The notes: a model not told the origin generated them from the sequence alone. Counted from the stretch's first letter, positions 26,984 through 39,946 are shown. The stretch: 64,000 bases of DNA from Octopus bimaculoides (GCF_001194135.2 NC_068996.1:55744401-55808400), one strand, 5' to 3'. Translations and numbers: made by a program.

Positions 26984-27617
26984 TAGCATACACACGAAAG
27001 TTTCAAAATGCATTTTCATCGTAAGAACTTTAAATATTTTGTAGTCATCGCCTTTGCACAAAACATTGCTTTCAAATTCGAATCTTGCAATTGCAGCTCC
27101 TGGTATTCAAACAACACACAGACGATAAGTGTGTTATATTCATAATGTTTTTGGTCTTTTTTTTAATGATAGAGTTGTGGCATTGATAATACATTCTTCA
27201 TATATTTTTTGATATGTTGCTTAACAATTTAATGGCATTCATTAAATTCATTCTTCAATACTTTCATGGCCCACACACTTTTCCCCATATATACGTATAC
27301 TTCTGCATGCATTTATTATCATTTTTTTTAAAAATACTTTTCCAGTCATTCTTGTTACTCCCGTCCATCCGCACCCAATTACGATATCGCTTTTCATTAA
27401 ATATTTCTCAAGCCGAATGCTTTAGATTTGATGATGTTTTCATTATGTGTCAAACCTTGTAAATTTTAAATATCTCCAGCGCGCGCAGACACACACACAA
27501 CCCTTCACCTCCCCCCACACACACACACACCATGTTCATCTGCTAGAGCGAAGAAGACTGTCTAGTCGTCAAAAGGCTAACTAGTGCCGTGGTTGTTTAA
27601 AAGGAAGACGACCTGTT

Positions 27618-27798
27618 TCATTCTCTCTAATTTTTTTTTAATCCTCTCCAATCCAGTAACAGGACCAGATCAAGACTTTTTTCATTCCCTCGTATCTTTT
27701 AATCCTCTTCAATCCAGTAAAAGGACCAGATCAAGACTTGCTTCATTCCCTCGTATATTTTAATCTTCTCCAATCCAGTAACAGGACCAGATCAAGAC
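27618..27798. repeat. About 3 copies of a 61-bp minisatellite
   Basis: AATCCTCTCCAATCCAGTAACAGGACCAGATCAAGAC repeated at about 27640, 27701 and 27762. Confidence 0.9.
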
Positions 27799-27819
27799 GA
27801 CTGGGAATAGAGACAGATG

Positions 27820-28130
27820 CAGTGGATGACCAAGATGTCTTGCCTGCTTCCTTTTGCCTTCTGCTCTCCACAATACGTTGCTATCGCCGTCTTCCCCTCC
27901 ACTGAACCACGAGGACTTTTTCCTCAGAGTCCATTGGAACCAGTCTTCATATACATAGCTAGGAAGGTCCTAATATGCTAATTAATACGTAAATGGGACC
28001 CACACAGGCGCTATAACTCCTACTCAGAGTAGACTTGGGAACAATAGCGGCTAAGGGGTAGTTCCTCACTCTTCAAAACTTTTGGACTCCCGAACCACGG
28101 CCCTACTAACGGATGCAGCTTAAATTATAC
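27820..28130 (+). mobile_element. CR1-like LINE 3' fragment
   Basis: CTCCACAATACGTTGC...CGCCGTCTTC shared with 40773-40800; tail shared with 21690-21705. Confidence 0.5.
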
Positions 28131-28147
28131 CGAGAATAGAACAGGTT

Positions 28148-28185
<38 letters not shown>

Positions 28186-28752
28186 ACACACATATATACA
28201 TACATGCATGCATACATAAATACATACGTACATACACACACTCTCACACACATATTCACACACGTATAAATTTCCACCTAGCAATTAATACAACATCTCT
28301 GTTGAATACACTATTTTCTTTCCCGGGTGTTCACGTGCACCCACTCGTACGTGCATATACGTGTCTAAATTTATACATATACATATATATATATATATAC
28401 GTATGTATACACCCACACAAACACAGACTCACATGTGTGTGTATATGTGTGTGTATGGTGTGTGTGTGTGTGCGTGTGTGTGTATATGTGTGTGTGTGGT
28501 GTGTGTGTATGTGTGTGTATATGGTGTGTGTGCGCGCGTGCGCGCACGTGGTGTGTGTGTGTGTGTGTGTAGTGTGTTTGTGTGCGTTTGGCAAGATGAA
28601 TAGAATGGCTTTTCTGATAATTTTTCCAGTTTAATAATTAGATATTTATAAGTTTACAAAAGGTGACTCTGATAGGAATTACTCGCTGAAAAGTGGGCTT
28701 CAAACTGATATTTTAGAGTTTATTATTCACTGTTTAAATAGGGTAATGTTTA

Positions 28753-28804
<52 letters not shown>

Positions 28805-29374
28805 NNNNNNNNNNNNNNNNNNNNNNNNNNNNNNNNNNNNNNNNNNNNNNNNNNNNNNNNNNNNNNNNNNNNNNNNNNNNNNNNNNNNNNNNNNNNNNNN
28901 NNNNNNNNNNNNNNNNNNNNNNNNNNNNNNNNNNNNNNNNNNNNNNNNNNNNNNNNNNNNNNNNNNNNNNNNNNNNNNNNNNNNNNNNNNNNNNNNNNNN
29001 NNNNNNNNNNNNNNNNNNNNNNNNNNNNNNNNNNNNNNNNNNNNNNNNNNNNNNNNNNNNNNNNNNNNNNNNNNNNNNNNNNNNNNNNNNNNNNNNNNNN
29101 NNNNNNNNNNNNNNNNNNNNNNNNNNNNNNNNNNNNNNNNNNNNNNNNNNNNNNNNNNNNNNNNNNNNNNNNNNNNNNNNNNNNNNNNNNNNNNNNNNNN
29201 NNNNNNNNNNNNNNNNNNNNNNNNNNNNNNNNNNNNNNNNNNNNNNNNNNNNNNNNNNNNNNNNNNNNNNNNNNNNNNNNNNNNNNNNNNNNNNNNNNNN
29301 NNNNNNNNNNNNNNNNNNNNNNNNNNNNNNNNNNNNNNNNNNNNNNNNNNNNNNNNNNNNNNNNNNNNNNNNNN

Positions 29375-29416
<42 letters not shown>

Positions 29417-29510
29417 GGGATAAAAATCCAAATTTACAGGTAAAAACTCAATTAAATTCAATTTATTAAAAATTAAAATTAAATTAAGTTTCACAGTATA
29501 AAATATATAA

Positions 29511-29765
29511 ATATATAGTTTTAGAGAAAAGAACCAAAGTTCATGAACTAATCCATGAAAATCCACAGTCACAAATAGAAAAATTAATAAGTATAATACA
29601 ATACAAAGTATTATCAAACACGTGTAGTCGTTTTATTATCTTTATCTTATGATATTTACTTTGTATTATATTATACTTATTTATCGTGCGTTTACTTATT
29701 AATTTTTCTATATGTATCTGTGAATTTTCATCGATGAGTTCATGAACTTTGGTTCTTTTCTCTAA

Positions 29766-29775
<10 letters not shown>
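29511..29775. repeat. Fold-back inverted repeat with perfect 39-bp outer arms
   Basis: 29511-29549 is the exact reverse complement of 29737-29775; imperfect pairing continues inward. Confidence 0.92.
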
Positions 29776-29796
<21 letters not shown>

Positions 29797-30049
29797 CGTG
29801 TATGTATGTGTGTGTATACACGCCCACACATAAACGCACACTAACACACACAGACATATATACAGACAGACAGATAGAGAGATAGATAGATATGCACGTT
29901 TTTATACAGAACATACACACATATATGCACACACACACGCACACACGCACACACACAGACACACACGCACACACACATACACACACTCACACTGAATTTT
30001 TGGTTAACAAAGCACCCAACCATATAGAAAGATTTTCAAAAACTTTTTG

Positions 30050-31016
30050 ATTTAAAAGGATTAGAATTAATACTGGAAAACAATAACTTCTTTGACTTCT
30101 ATTTACAAATAAAAGGAACAGTGATGTGGGCAAAAGTAGTCCCCACTTGTGCAACACTCGTAATGGATCTCTGAGGGAACACACTCTATTCTCAACTACC
30201 ACAAACATAAAGAACAATTGAAAATGACACTTGGATGACCATTTTATATTTTGGAACAAAATCAAGAACACCGAGAAATCTTTCACTCATTTCTAAATAA
30301 TCTACATACCTTGATAAAATTCACTATGTAATGTCACACAAAGGATTTACCATTTTGAACATACTTCTAATTAAAGTGATAACATCATTTCAGCAGACCT
30401 TTTCATATAAGCCCACAGACACACGCTAATACTTGAACTTTCACTCCTCCTATCCCTCACATACTAAAAGAAACATATCTTTTAATATGGCAAAACGAAT
30501 TTGCACTTTTCGAATAGATGCTAGAATTAAGGTATAAAAAATTTTAAGATTTGAAAATATTTCTAGAAAAATAAAAATATCCTACTAGATTAGTTGACTC
30601 CACCGTTACAAAAGCAAAAAATATCCAAACTATACAAACTCAGAGGAAAATAACACAGAAATAGAAATGAACTTATAAAGCATTCTCTTTGTCATCAACC
30701 ATAACCCAAGAAATCACGACATCATCAATATTGGTGAAAAATATTTCCCAATACTTGAACAATCATCAAAAATGTAGAAACTAATGTGGTAGGATCGGAA
30801 ATAATATACAGCAGATACCAAGCAGCCTACCTGGAAAAGGCTCTTAACTCTTAACTCAAGCAAGATTTACAAGAGAAGCAGCAAAGAGCGTTCAAAAATG
30901 TGGTGACCTCGTTGTGGAACATGCAATAACATGGAAGAAAGAGAACAAATGATATATATATATATATATACATATATATCCATGCATGTATGTATGTATG
31001 TATGTGTGTATATATG

Positions 31017-31050
<34 letters not shown>

Positions 31051-31500
31051 TGTATGCATGTTTATGTATATGTGTGTGTGTGTATGTATGTGTAAAGTGA
31101 GACAACGAAGCCAAAGCAGCGTGTGATTTCTAGGATATTTATAAAGAAAAAGTTAGTCTTTACAAGATTCCTTTGAATGAACAGCACATGGAATTAATAT
31201 CTGAATACTATCCATTTGTAATAACAAAATTTGAACTCCTATCGGAATCTACATACCATGTATCCATTATCCTCTTTACCCATTCTACACAGCACATTCC
31301 TTGGATAATGGAACTATAATTGTAACATCCAACATATTTTTATTCTCATATTTCCCGTTATACTTCCTATATCTCTCCCTTTCCAAATTAACTTCTTATA
31401 TTGAACTCTACTATTTCCTTCTATTTAACTTATCGTCTCTGATGATGGGATATATTTTATATCCCTGAAACAGCTGTAAAGCTACCTTTCTCTTTGTAAA
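30050..31500 (+). mobile_element. Degenerate Penelope-like element (RT, linker, 3' region) interrupted by a microsatellite
   Basis: ATLVM, HLDDHFIFW (YxDD-like), IKFTM, DLSYKPTDTR*YLNFHSSYPSHTKRNISFNMAKRICT and KQPTWKRLLT; hammerhead at the 3' end. Confidence 0.8.
31433..31483 (+). ncRNA. Minimal type I hammerhead ribozyme motif at the PLE 3' end
   Basis: CTGATGA-T-GGGATATA(TTT)TATATCCC-T-GAAAC-AGCT-GTA; palindromic ACAGCTGT; helix I has 3 of 4 pairs. Confidence 0.68.
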
Positions 31501-31704
31501 TATGCTAGAAATCTCACACTGCCATGGCTTTGTTGTCTCATTTTATTCAACATATACACACTCACACACGACCCACGTTACACTCCTCACTCGTACTGTT
31601 ATCGAACCAGGAGTCTAACAGCAGTTCTTCCGTAGCACTGATGTAGCCTTACCTGCCTTTTGGATCTTTTGGATCCAAAACCTCTCATATATGTATGTAT
31701 ATAG

Positions 31705-31767
<63 letters not shown>

Positions 31768-32026
31768 CCTTATCGCAGATGTATGTGTATGTGTGTGTGT
31801 TTATGTTAAAGTATATGGGTGTGTCTGTATGGCGGTATGCATACATATATATGTGTGTGTATATATATGTGTGCGTGTGCGCGTGTGAGTACGTTTATAT
31901 AATACGCATATTTATGTGAATGTGTGTACATATATATGTATACATGTCTGAATGTACTTTTATGCATATAAATGTATGCATATATGTGTGTGTGTGCGTG
32001 TACATATATTTGCATAAAAGTATGCT

Positions 32027-32215
32027 GTGAAGACACGTGGCCTGGTAGTTAGGGTATTCAAGTCACAATCGTAAGGTCGTGAGTTCGATACACATGGTTC
32101 CGGGTTCAGTCCCACTGCGTGACACCTTGGGCAAGTGTCTTCTGCTATAGCTTCGGGCCAACTAAAGGTTTGTGAGTGGATTTAGTAGGCGAAGACCGAA
32201 AGAAGCCCGTCGTAC
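32027..32215 (+). mobile_element. Chimeric double-headed SINE (family B head fused to family A head and body)
   Basis: 32027-32090 matches the 42790 head up to its B box; 32091 onward is family A (CACATGGTTCCGGGTTCAGTCCC). Confidence 0.8.
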
Positions 32216-32282
<67 letters not shown>

Positions 32283-32289
32283 AATAATA

Positions 32290-32490
32290 AATGAGTATAT
32301 GCATATATACGTACAGGTATGTGCATACCTACGTCTACCTGTATATATAAGTGCATATCTGGGTACAGGACATTGCAAACAAAACGTAAACAAGAAAATA
32401 ATAATAACCAGAGTACAGAAAACACACAAGCCACATAGAGAACATTTTCCTTCATCAGCTACCCCCATTTTAACACCGGCGTTTTGAAGA
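32290..32490. repeat. Interspersed repeat family F1
   Basis: Close match to 45150-45330 (ATGAGTATATGCATATATACGTACAGGTATGTGCATACC...GGGTACAGGACATTGCAAAC). Confidence 0.85.
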
Positions 32491-32612
32491 GTATAAATTT
32501 TTAATAACTTATCTTTCATATCCAGTATATTAAAACAATATTCCCTTAGTAATTTCACTTTAACCTAAAATTTTAATATGTATGTATATATATATATGTA
32601 CATGTGTGTGTG

Positions 32613-32650
<38 letters not shown>

Positions 32651-33161
32651 CTCATTCACATTTTGTTTTTGTTTCATTTACATACGTTTTTATATTTTTG
32701 CCTAATTTGTTGTTTATGTTATCGGTTATCCGACCATAACAAAGTCATGGCCCTTCAAAACAATAGATGACCGATTAGATAACGGGACTGACATTAACCT
32801 CCTCCCCACTTCCCACAGGATTTCAGCTACTCAATAAATAAAAAAGTAATGGAAAATAATAAAGTATCTTGATTAATACCTGGAAATTTACTACTTTTAG
32901 TAAAAACTAATATCACAGGTACTAATATAAACTCTAACCCACTCGTTGTGGACCTTTGTCTAAAGCCCTCAATAGAACATATATCGCACGTTTATATGTG
33001 TGCATATATATATGTTTGTGTATAATTATTATAAGTATATAAAAAGAAAAATACGAACTGCTGCAATAATCCTCCCTTCTCAACACATATATGTATGTAC
33101 CTATGGGTATGTTTGTACGTAAGTATATGTGTGTGTATGTGTGTGCGCGTGTGCGTGTGCA

Positions 33162-33219
<58 letters not shown>

Positions 33220-34196
33220 NNNNNNNNNNNNNNNNNNNNNNNNNNNNNNNNNNNNNNNNNNNNNNNNNNNNNNNNNNNNNNNNNNNNNNNNNNNNNNNNN
33301 NNNNNNNNNNNNNNNNNNNNNNNNNNNNNNNNNNNNNNNNNNNNNNNNNNNNNNNNNNNNNNNNNNNNNNNNNNNNNNNNNNNNNNNNNNNNNNNNNNNN
33401 NNNNNNNNNNNNNNNNNNNNNNNNNNNNNNNNNNNNNNNNNNNNNNNNNNNNNNNNNNNNNNNNNNNNNNNNNNNNNNNNNNNNNNNNNNNNNNNNNNNN
33501 NNNNNNNNNNNNNNNNNNNNNNNNNNNNNNNNNNNNNNNNNNNNNNNNNNNNNNNNNNNNNNNNNNNNNNNNNNNNNNNNNNNNNNNNNNNNNNNNNNNN
33601 NNNNNNNNNNNNNNNNNNNNNNNNNNNNNNNNNNNNNNNNNNNNNNNNNNNNNNNNNNNNNNNNNNNNNNNNNNNNNNNNNNNNNNNNNNNNNNNNNNNN
33701 NNNNNNNNNNNNNNNNNNNNNNNNNNNNNNNNNNNNNNNNNNNNNNNNNNNNNNNNNNNNNNNNNNNNNNNNNNNNNNNNNNNNNNNNNNNNNNNNNNNN
33801 NNNNNNNNNNNNNNNNNNNNNNNNNNNNNNNNNNNNNNNNNNNNNNNNNNNNNNNNNNNNNNNNNNNNNNNNNNNNNNNNNNNNNNNNNNNNNNNNNNNN
33901 NNNNNNNNNNNNNNNNNNNNNNNNNNNNNNNNNNNNNNNNNNNNNNNNNNNNNNNNNNNNNNNNNNNNNNNNNNNNNNNNNNNNNNNNNNNNNNNNNNNN
34001 NNNNNNNNNNNNNNNNNNNNNNNNNNNNNNNNNNNNNNNNNNNNNNNNNNNNNNNNNNNNNNNNNNNNNNNNNNNNNNNNNNNNNNNNNNNNNNNNNNNN
34101 NNNNNNNNNNNNNNNNNNNNNNNNNNNNNNNNNNNNNNNNNNNNNNNNNNNNNNNNNNNNNNNNNNNNNNNNNNNNNNNNNNNNNNNNNNNNNNNN

Positions 34197-34288
<92 letters not shown>

Positions 34289-35020
34289 CATTAAAAGTCA
34301 GCTTAAATCTTGCTTGCTTGCATGCAATGTTACCCAGTCAAACTGGCGCATAATGGGAAAAGACTATGAATTAAGTACCCTTGAAATGTAAATACGACCG
34401 AAATAAAACAAATTTCGCGTAAATCAGACAAGTAGAGACATTAGGGATTTTCGAGGTATAAATACCCACAACGGTGCATAATGGGTGCATAATCCTAAAA
34501 GGGAAGAAACTCTTAACTTTTGATTAGACACGGTGACTTGACAACAAAGATATACGATTTGTTTTTTACAATAAATGTATCTATTTTCGCTTTTGTTAAA
34601 CACAATATTTTAATCATTTAGAAATATTTTTAAGTGAATATAATTTCAAAAATGTAAGTTGTTTGTGCAGTAGGTATTTATATTTTAGCTTTATTTATAC
34701 AGACAATATTTTAATGTTTCTTAAAATTATTTTCACGTGAATACCAGAACAAAATTTTTTGGCATATTTAAAAAACATTTTAAAGTGAAAATGACTTTAA
34801 AAATACGGCAAATATCTCGTAACCTCGGTATGAAATAATTTTTTGCATAGGTAGTTTTTTTTTAGTGCATTCAACGTATCTTGCTTTCAAAGGTTTGGCT
34901 GCTATTTCTAGCACACCCTGCTACCACGTAACAGCTATTTGCGATAAAGGACCCGAAATACCTCTTACGTGGTGCAAGGCGTGCAAGAAATAGCAGCTAT
35001 ATGTATGTATGTATGTATGT

Positions 35021-35064
<44 letters not shown>

Positions 35065-35091
35065 ATAGCTATACATATACGCGCGCGCACG

Positions 35092-35134
<43 letters not shown>

Positions 35135-35190
35135 NNNNNNNNNNTAGATAGATAGATAGATAAATAGCTATACATATACGCGCGCGCACG

Positions 35191-35258
<68 letters not shown>

Positions 35259-35269
35259 TGTTTGTGTGT

Positions 35270-35478
35270 CTGTGTTTGTCCCATCCCCACCATCGCTTGA
35301 CAACTGTTGCTGGTGGGTTTACGTCCCCGTAACTTAGCGGTTCGGCAAAAAGAGTCCGATGGAATAAGTACTAGGCTTACAAAGAATAAGTCCTGGGGCC
35401 GATTTTTTCGAATTAAAGGCGGTGCTCTAGCATGGCCACAGTCAAACGACTGAAACAAGTAAAAGAATGAAAGAAAAG
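35270..35478 (+). mobile_element. SINE family A, 3' tail
   Basis: GTTTACGTCCCCGTAACTTAGCGGTTCGGCAAAA...GGCGGTGCTCTAGCATGGCCACAGTC. Confidence 0.9.
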
Positions 35479-35488
35479 AATATTTATA

Positions 35489-36714
35489 CAGGGTGCGAGG
35501 AGTATTTGAGGGCATTTCGTTTTTAGTTCATTACACCTTTAAATTACTTAATGCGTCGTTGTTGTTTTATTTTGTTTGTTTTTTCAGATAACCATTTCAA
35601 GATATGATGCTAACTCAAGAAATGAAAAAAACATGCAGTCATAGTTGTTATACAGGCAAACCACAGTGATTTAGAAATTAGTAACTTTCTAAATGTTGCA
35701 AGATCATTTGTACACAAAGCTCGGTTGGAATTGGAGACATGTGATGGTAATGTTTCATCTGTATCAAAGAGAAAAAAAAACATTCACAATGCTCAGACAC
35801 TAAAAGGGCACCGGAATTTACATCACATGTTCAAAACATTATCAATGAGGTCCGTTGTGAAAGAACTTGAGATATCAGAGTGGACTCCCAGAACTGTTGT
35901 ATATCGTGATATTCGATACAAGTCATATGTAACGAGTAAAGGCCAGTTCGTGTCTGCAAAGATACAGGCAAACCATCTCATCAGTTCAAAGCGGTTATTT
36001 AACAAAGTGAAAAACCCTGATGAACAAGGCATGCTTTGGCTTTTCTCTGACGAAAAAACTTTGATCAGGATCAACAGTCTAACAGAAGAAATGACAGGGG
36101 GTTATGTGCAGATCCTTCTGAAGTACCCAGAATTTCCAGCAACTTTAGTGGTATTAGGAGTGATGCCTCCCCACTTTTTCCCACAAGGTCTTAGAATTAA
36201 TACTGCTAGATACATTGAGGTACTGGAAATTGTTATCAAGCCCTTTGATAAACTATGCAATGGAAGGTCATACGTGTTTCAACAAGACTCAGCAACTTCT
36301 CACAAAGGCTTAGTCACCCAAGAACGGTTGTCAGACAATATTTACGATTATGTAACACCCTATATGTGGCCTCCAAACTAACCAGGTTTGAACCCCATAG
36401 ACTACTACGTGTGGAGCGCTGTTAAAATGAACACTAATCGTCATCCTCATAATAACATAGCTTCACTGAAGGCCGCCATTGTCCAGGTGATGTCCGAAAT
36501 GAATAAGATCCATATAGTGTCAGCATGTTAGCGGTTTCAGTCCCGCATTAAAGCGTCCTTCAAAGGCGAAGGCGGTTTCAGAGAATAATTTGCTTTAAAA
36601 AATCATTATCAAGACTAATTGCACAAATGTTTATTCAAATAAATATTTATTTATGCTGAAATATAGTTGTTTTATTGTATACCAAAACTGTCCTCAAACA
36701 TCCCTCGGACCCTG
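35489..36714 (+). mobile_element. Near full-length DD37D (maT) transposon with both TIRs and TA duplications
   Basis: TA|CAGGGTGCGAGGAGTATTTGAGG...CCTCAAACATCCCTCGGACCCTG|TA; 1226 bp. Confidence 0.93.
35725..36588 (+). pseudogene. DD37D transposase pseudogene
   Basis: LWLFSDEK, YVFQQDSATSHK and WPPN*PGLNPIDYYVW; 37 codons counted between the 2nd and 3rd D; in-frame stops present. Confidence 0.9.
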
Positions 36715-37539
36715 TATATAAATACATACGTATGTATGCATGTGTATGTGTGTGTGTGTATTTGTGTGTATTTGTGTATGTGTGTAGATGTGTGTATTTG
36801 TGCATATATATTTATGAACAGTATGTATGACAACTAAATGTGTATGTTTGTGACCTCATTAGTGAATAGACTTCCTGGCAGATACCTCCATCATTAACAC
36901 AATGTTATGGAATTATTTCATACTAAAATGACCACTCCAAAAAATTCCATTTCTTCACTCTTGATTTACGTAGTTCTCCTTCCCCACGGCATTTTTGTGT
37001 GTGTGCATGTATGAATATATTTGAATGAATACATGTATATACGTGTTTGTGTTTCCCTGCATGTATGTATGTGTAAGGTCCTATGGTTTTTTGTGTGTAC
37101 GTGTGTATGTGTGTATATANNNNNNNNNNNNNNNNNNNNNNNNNNNNNNNNNNNNNNNNNNNNNNNNNNNNNNNNNNNNNNNNNNNNNNNNNNNNNNNNN
37201 NNNNNNNNNNNNNNNNNNNNNNNNNNNNNNNNNNNNNNNNNNNNNNNNNNNNNNNNNNNNNNNNNNNNNNNNNNNNNNNNNNNNNNNNNNNNNNNNNNNN
37301 NNNNNNNNNNNNNNNNNNNNNNNNNNNNNNNNNNNNNNNNNNNNNNNTTAAACAGTGAATAATAAACTCTAAAATATCAGTTTGAAGCCCACTTTTCAGC
37401 GAGTAACTCCTATCAGAGTCACCTTTTGTAAACTTATAAACATCTAATTATTAAACTGGAAAAATTATCAGAAAAGCCATTCTATTCATCTTGTCAAACG
37501 CACACAAACACAAAAACACTCACACGCGCACACACACAC

Positions 37540-37577
<38 letters not shown>

Positions 37578-37984
37578 ACACATGCATGCATACATACATA
37601 CATACATACATACATGTATATATATACTGAAAACGGGGAAGGACGGTTTATGGGATTGGACGGGAAACCTAAGGTAATCCCATAAACCGGCTTTCCCCAT
37701 TTAATATATATATATACTGCTCTACATCATAGATTGTGCTTCTTTTGCACTTATGTTTTCTACAAACGATATATATACACACATACACACACGCACATAT
37801 ACATATGTGTATGTACTCAGCTACGCCATTGCCGTCACCGGAAAATACAAAAGCATACCCTTTAGTATACGTATTTAATAACATTTATTACAATAGAGCT
37901 GCTTTTACTTCATATACATGTGTGTGTGTGCGTGCATGTGTATATACGCATACACACATACACCTATATGTATATATGTATATG

Positions 37985-38018
<34 letters not shown>

Positions 38019-38188
38019 TATAGATATACATATGTATATATATATACGTATATATATCTATACACATATATGTAAGTATATGTGTATATATGTGTGTATA
38101 TATATATATATATATGTAAGTATATGTATATATATATAATTATATATGTGTATATATATGTATATATATATATGTATATATATATATG

Positions 38189-38228
<40 letters not shown>

Positions 38229-38434
38229 CAGTATTTTATATCCATCACGGCTGATCTTACCAATTGGTTTTGCGCTAGGCGATACAACGGAATGTTAGGT
38301 AACAATCCAATTGTATAACCCTACGCTCATGAAAGGTGGCCGATATGGAATGAAATATACCCACATTATTGACAGTGTATATGTATATATCTGTATAAAT
38401 ATTTATATGTGTATATAATTATATATATACATCC

Positions 38435-38476
<42 letters not shown>

Positions 38477-38489
38477 TTATCTATCTATC

Positions 38490-38526
<37 letters not shown>

Positions 38527-38859
38527 GGGGGGTGAGAGATATGGCATATTCTTTTAAGAATATAAAACTCGTCTAACTTCAGATTTCACCTTGTACTATC
38601 TACTAGTATTATATGTTCTTCCAGGTGTGCGCTTGGGTATCTGCCATGTGCGTATAGATAACTGAAAAAATTGGAGTCAACAAGGAGTACGTTTGGACAT
38701 CTATATTCAATCACTACAGTTGTTTCTACGCAATGTTGTTTTCCAGGTTTGCAGGTACTTGATAATGTAACCACTTCCCTGCATTATGAGATCTAGTTGA
38801 GTTTCTTCAGGCGATATGTAAATATTGTCGCTCTACTTGCGGAGATAAGTTAGGAGACA

Positions 38860-39260
38860 AGTTAAGGACGGCATAAAGACACAGAAACCTTTGCTTCGGA
38901 TCGAGCTGGATGGCGAACGCTGGAGTGAAAGCATTTGAGTTGGCCAGAATGACGCATGCAAGACTCAAGAGAGATTTAAGAAAGAATGTTACGATCGAGA
39001 AGGTCAATGACGATGATCCCTTTTTGTGTGCACAGTTTGTGACGGACCGTGCCTGTCTTTTGCTGGGCTCAAATCTCTTTAGCGAACCCATGGAAAACGA
39101 ACCTCCACCAACTCTTCTGCCTATATGTCTGTGCACACCTTTCAATGCATTATATGCCAGAAGGTTTGCAAATCTAACGGAGGTTTCAAAAGACATCTTA
39201 TGACACACAAATATCAACTCCAACTTTTGGTGGTCCACATCGGATATGCAATCTATGTGG
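38860..39260 (+). mobile_element. RTE LINE 3' end with C2H2-like finger
   Basis: DRAGWR..GVKAFELARMTHARLKRDLRK and CIICQKVCKSNGGFKRHLMTH, typical of the RTE/BovB ORF C-terminus. Confidence 0.75.
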
Positions 39261-39369
39261 GTGTATTTTCAGAACATTGACTGCGGTGTAGGTACAGGAG
39301 ATGGTCAAACTCTGCATAAGGAGTAGATAACCACAAAGTATACATACATATATATATATATATATATCA

Positions 39370-39422
<53 letters not shown>

Positions 39423-39664
39423 TATATGTACATGTATATATGTGTATATATATGTATGTATATATGTGTGTGCCTATATATATGTATATGTATATACGTA
39501 TGTATATGCGTATGCATATAATATATATACAATATACATACATATATATATGTATGTACGTATATTGTATAAAGGATCGTAGGTAAGATGAGAACAATGC
39601 GAAATAAATCCAAAGCAAATCCAAAAAAAAAACAAAAATATGAATTAATGTAGATTTACCTTGC

Positions 39665-39702
39665 ATTCAATATTTCGAGGTTATGATCCCCTCCTCAGGA
39701 AA
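39665..39702 (-). ncRNA. Minimal hammerhead ribozyme motif (left arm)
   Basis: Minus: TTC-CTGAGGA-GGGG(ATCATAA)CCTC-GAAAT-ATT-GAA. Confidence 0.65.
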
Positions 39703-39765
39703 TTAATGGATGTTGCGTGTGTGTCACACACACTCATACACATGCACAGCTGCAACATACGTTAA

Positions 39766-39803
39766 ATTCCTGAGGATGGGATCATAACCCCGAAATATTG
39801 AAT
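39766..39803 (+). ncRNA. Minimal hammerhead ribozyme motif (right arm)
   Basis: ATTC-CTGAGGA-T-GGG(ATCATAAC)CCC-GAAAT-ATT-GAAT; palindromic AATATT. Confidence 0.68.
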
Positions 39804-39946
39804 GGAAGGTAAGTCTACATTAATTCATATATTTGCTTTCTTGGTGTTTACCTTGCATTTACTTCGCATTGGCATTGTTCTGGCCTTACCCTCGATAGGG
39901 TAATATATACAATATATTATACACAATGCTTCCCAGTAACTATTCC

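Larger units (their letters stand above)
39562..39915. repeat. Inverted repeat, about 155-bp arms and 35-bp spacer, each arm carrying a hammerhead
   Basis: 39562-39716 is the imperfect reverse complement of 39752-39915. Confidence 0.9.

Noticed and set aside
27618-27798. Regular repeat considered as CRISPR-like
   Set aside because: Contiguous 61-bp units with no unique spacers, in a eukaryotic context
39150-39210. C2H2 zinc finger suggesting a host ZNF gene
   Set aside because: Single finger directly downstream of RTE C-terminal motifs, so it belongs to the LINE
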